Shown one piece after another: positions 63,346-64,000 of a DNA stretch of 64,000 nucleotides; positions within the stretch are counted from its first letter, which is position 1, and every line of letters starts with the position of its first letter. The position numbers and the translations under genes are program-made. The DNA is from an uncultured Mageeibacillus sp. (GTDB taxonomy: Bacteria > Bacillota > Clostridia > Saccharofermentanales > UBA5734), in contig CAZGSR010000011.1 of the NCBI GenBank assembly GCA_964528645.1, positions 405-64,404 on the forward strand, given 5' to 3'. A model generated the notes under the pieces. It searched no databases. It saw only the letters and a program-made list of their open reading frames with translations, and was not told the origin of the DNA.

Positions 63346-64000
63346 ATGGCAGATAAGATGTCTCAGGATCATCTCTGGCTGGCTCTGGCAAAAATTCCGC
63401 CGCTCGATACCCTGCGCAACGAGCAATGGCACAGACTCGAGCAATCAGGATCTGTCCGGTTCCTGACTTTTGAAAAAGGCGGTCTGATCCATTTGCAGCA
63501 GGAACCTTGTACTGATCTCGATGTCATTCTGGAGGGGCAAATTTCGATCCAGAACATTGCCGAGGATGGAACCGTCCTGACGGTCAATTTGTTCACGCCA
63601 CGTGACCTTCTGGGTGTCAACCTGATCTTTGCCAGCAAAAACCGCTATCCCATGACTGTCATTGCCGACCGCAAAAGTCTGGTGGCCCAGATCCCCGGGG
63701 ACTGGATCATGCTCTTTTGCCGGGAAAACCCTGACTTCATGGCTGGAGTGATGCGAGCCATATCCGACCGTTCGCTTGTTTTGACTGGTCGGATCCAGGC
63801 GATGGCTCACCGCAGCATCCGCAAGGCCTTGCTCGATTATCTGGAATACGAACAGGCTCTCCAGGGCAGCCGGACCATCCGCCTGCCGGTGAGCAAGAAA
63901 ACGCTGGCCGAACAGTTGGGTGTTGAACGCACCTCCCTGAGCCGCGAACTGGCCAAGATGCGCGAGGATGGTCTGGTACTGTATGATTCCCGGACCATCA
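63346..64000 (+). CDS. Crp/Fnr-family transcriptional regulator (3' end runs off the window)
   Basis: My own translation from the ATG at 63346 reads MADKMSQDHLWLALAKIPPLDTLRNEQWHRLEQSGSVRFLTFEKGGLIHLQ...RKALLDYLEYEQALQGSRTIRLPVSKKTLAEQLGVERTSLSRELAKMREDGLVLYDSRTI. It is open to the window end, which is why it is absent from the ORF track. Confidence 0.8.
   Translation, partial: MADKMSQDHLWLALAKIPPLDTLRNEQWHRLEQSGSVRFLTFEKGGLIHLQQEPCTDLDVILEGQISIQNIAEDGTVLTVNLFTPRDLLGVNLIFASKNRYPMTVIADRKSLVAQIPGDWIMLFCRENPDFMAGVMRAISDRSLVLTGRIQAMAHRSIRKALLDYLEYEQALQGSRTIRLPVSKKTLAEQLGVERTSLSRELAKMREDGLVLYDSRTI

Noticed and set aside
1-64000. A search for rRNA, tRNA, CRISPR arrays and prophage/integrase signatures.
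   Set aside because: Every intergenic region longer than 100 nt was read by eye. I saw no cloverleaf-like tRNA sequence, no regularly spaced direct repeats of 24-40 bp with spacers, no rRNA-like stretch and no integrase or recombinase ORF. The only mobile element I can support is the IS630 copy.

Overview
This is a 64-kb chromosomal window that looks like an anaerobic Firmicutes (Clostridia-like) genome. That assignment is an inference from cdaA-cdaR-glmM-glmS synteny, a Na+-pumping biotin decarboxylase, rubrerythrin and SD-type ribosome binding sites. Gene content from left to right: (1) A decayed accessory patch: a HepT remnant, a Phd/ParE toxin-antitoxin pair, an IS630 element, a sucrose-phosphorylase-like gene and a truncated sugar-binding lipoprotein. 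(2) pstSCAB, a GNAT gene and a Crp/Fnr regulator. (3) cdaA (fused to a mini-cdaR), glmM and glmS. (4) MarR, a cell-wall amidase, a beta-lactamase-like protein, an ABM monooxygenase and an AEC transporter. (5) A glucarate/galactarate-type sugar-acid locus: glxK, garR, gudD, a DapA-family enzyme, tctCBA, a LarA-like protein and a PrpR-type regulator. (6) A second Phd/ParE pair. (7) A garD/uxaA, 2-hydroxyacid dehydrogenase and lrgAB operon. (8) A split chrA pair, then an FAD-oxidoreductase and permease pair. (9) A lower-GC block with a single-module NRPS translationally coupled to a 7TM histidine kinase and a REC-HD-GYP response regulator, followed by a metallophosphoesterase. (10) A four-subunit oxaloacetate-decarboxylase-type Na+ pump. 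(11) The cobTUSC lower-ligand/nucleotide-loop cluster. (12) A PsiE-like protein, an eRF1/Pelota-like (baeRF) protein, a degenerate GH65-like protein and a 7TM GGDEF cyclase. (13) Rubrerythrin, a ferritin-like protein, a 4Fe-4S membrane protein, a cupin and a partial second Crp/Fnr gene. I saw no rRNA, tRNA or CRISPR array. The most interesting signal is the stand-alone C-A-T-TE NRPS. Its hand-derived specificity code is the canonical threonine code, and its thioesterase carries Cys in place of the nucleophilic Ser. It is locked by 8-nt start/stop overlaps to a two-component system whose output is a c-di-GMP phosphodiesterase. Secondary signals are a PstB and a sigma-54-type activator that both have dead-looking ATPase motifs, a CdaA-CdaR fusion, and a bacterial eRF1-like protein. 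All calls come from reading the sequence and ORF translations by eye; no database search was possible.
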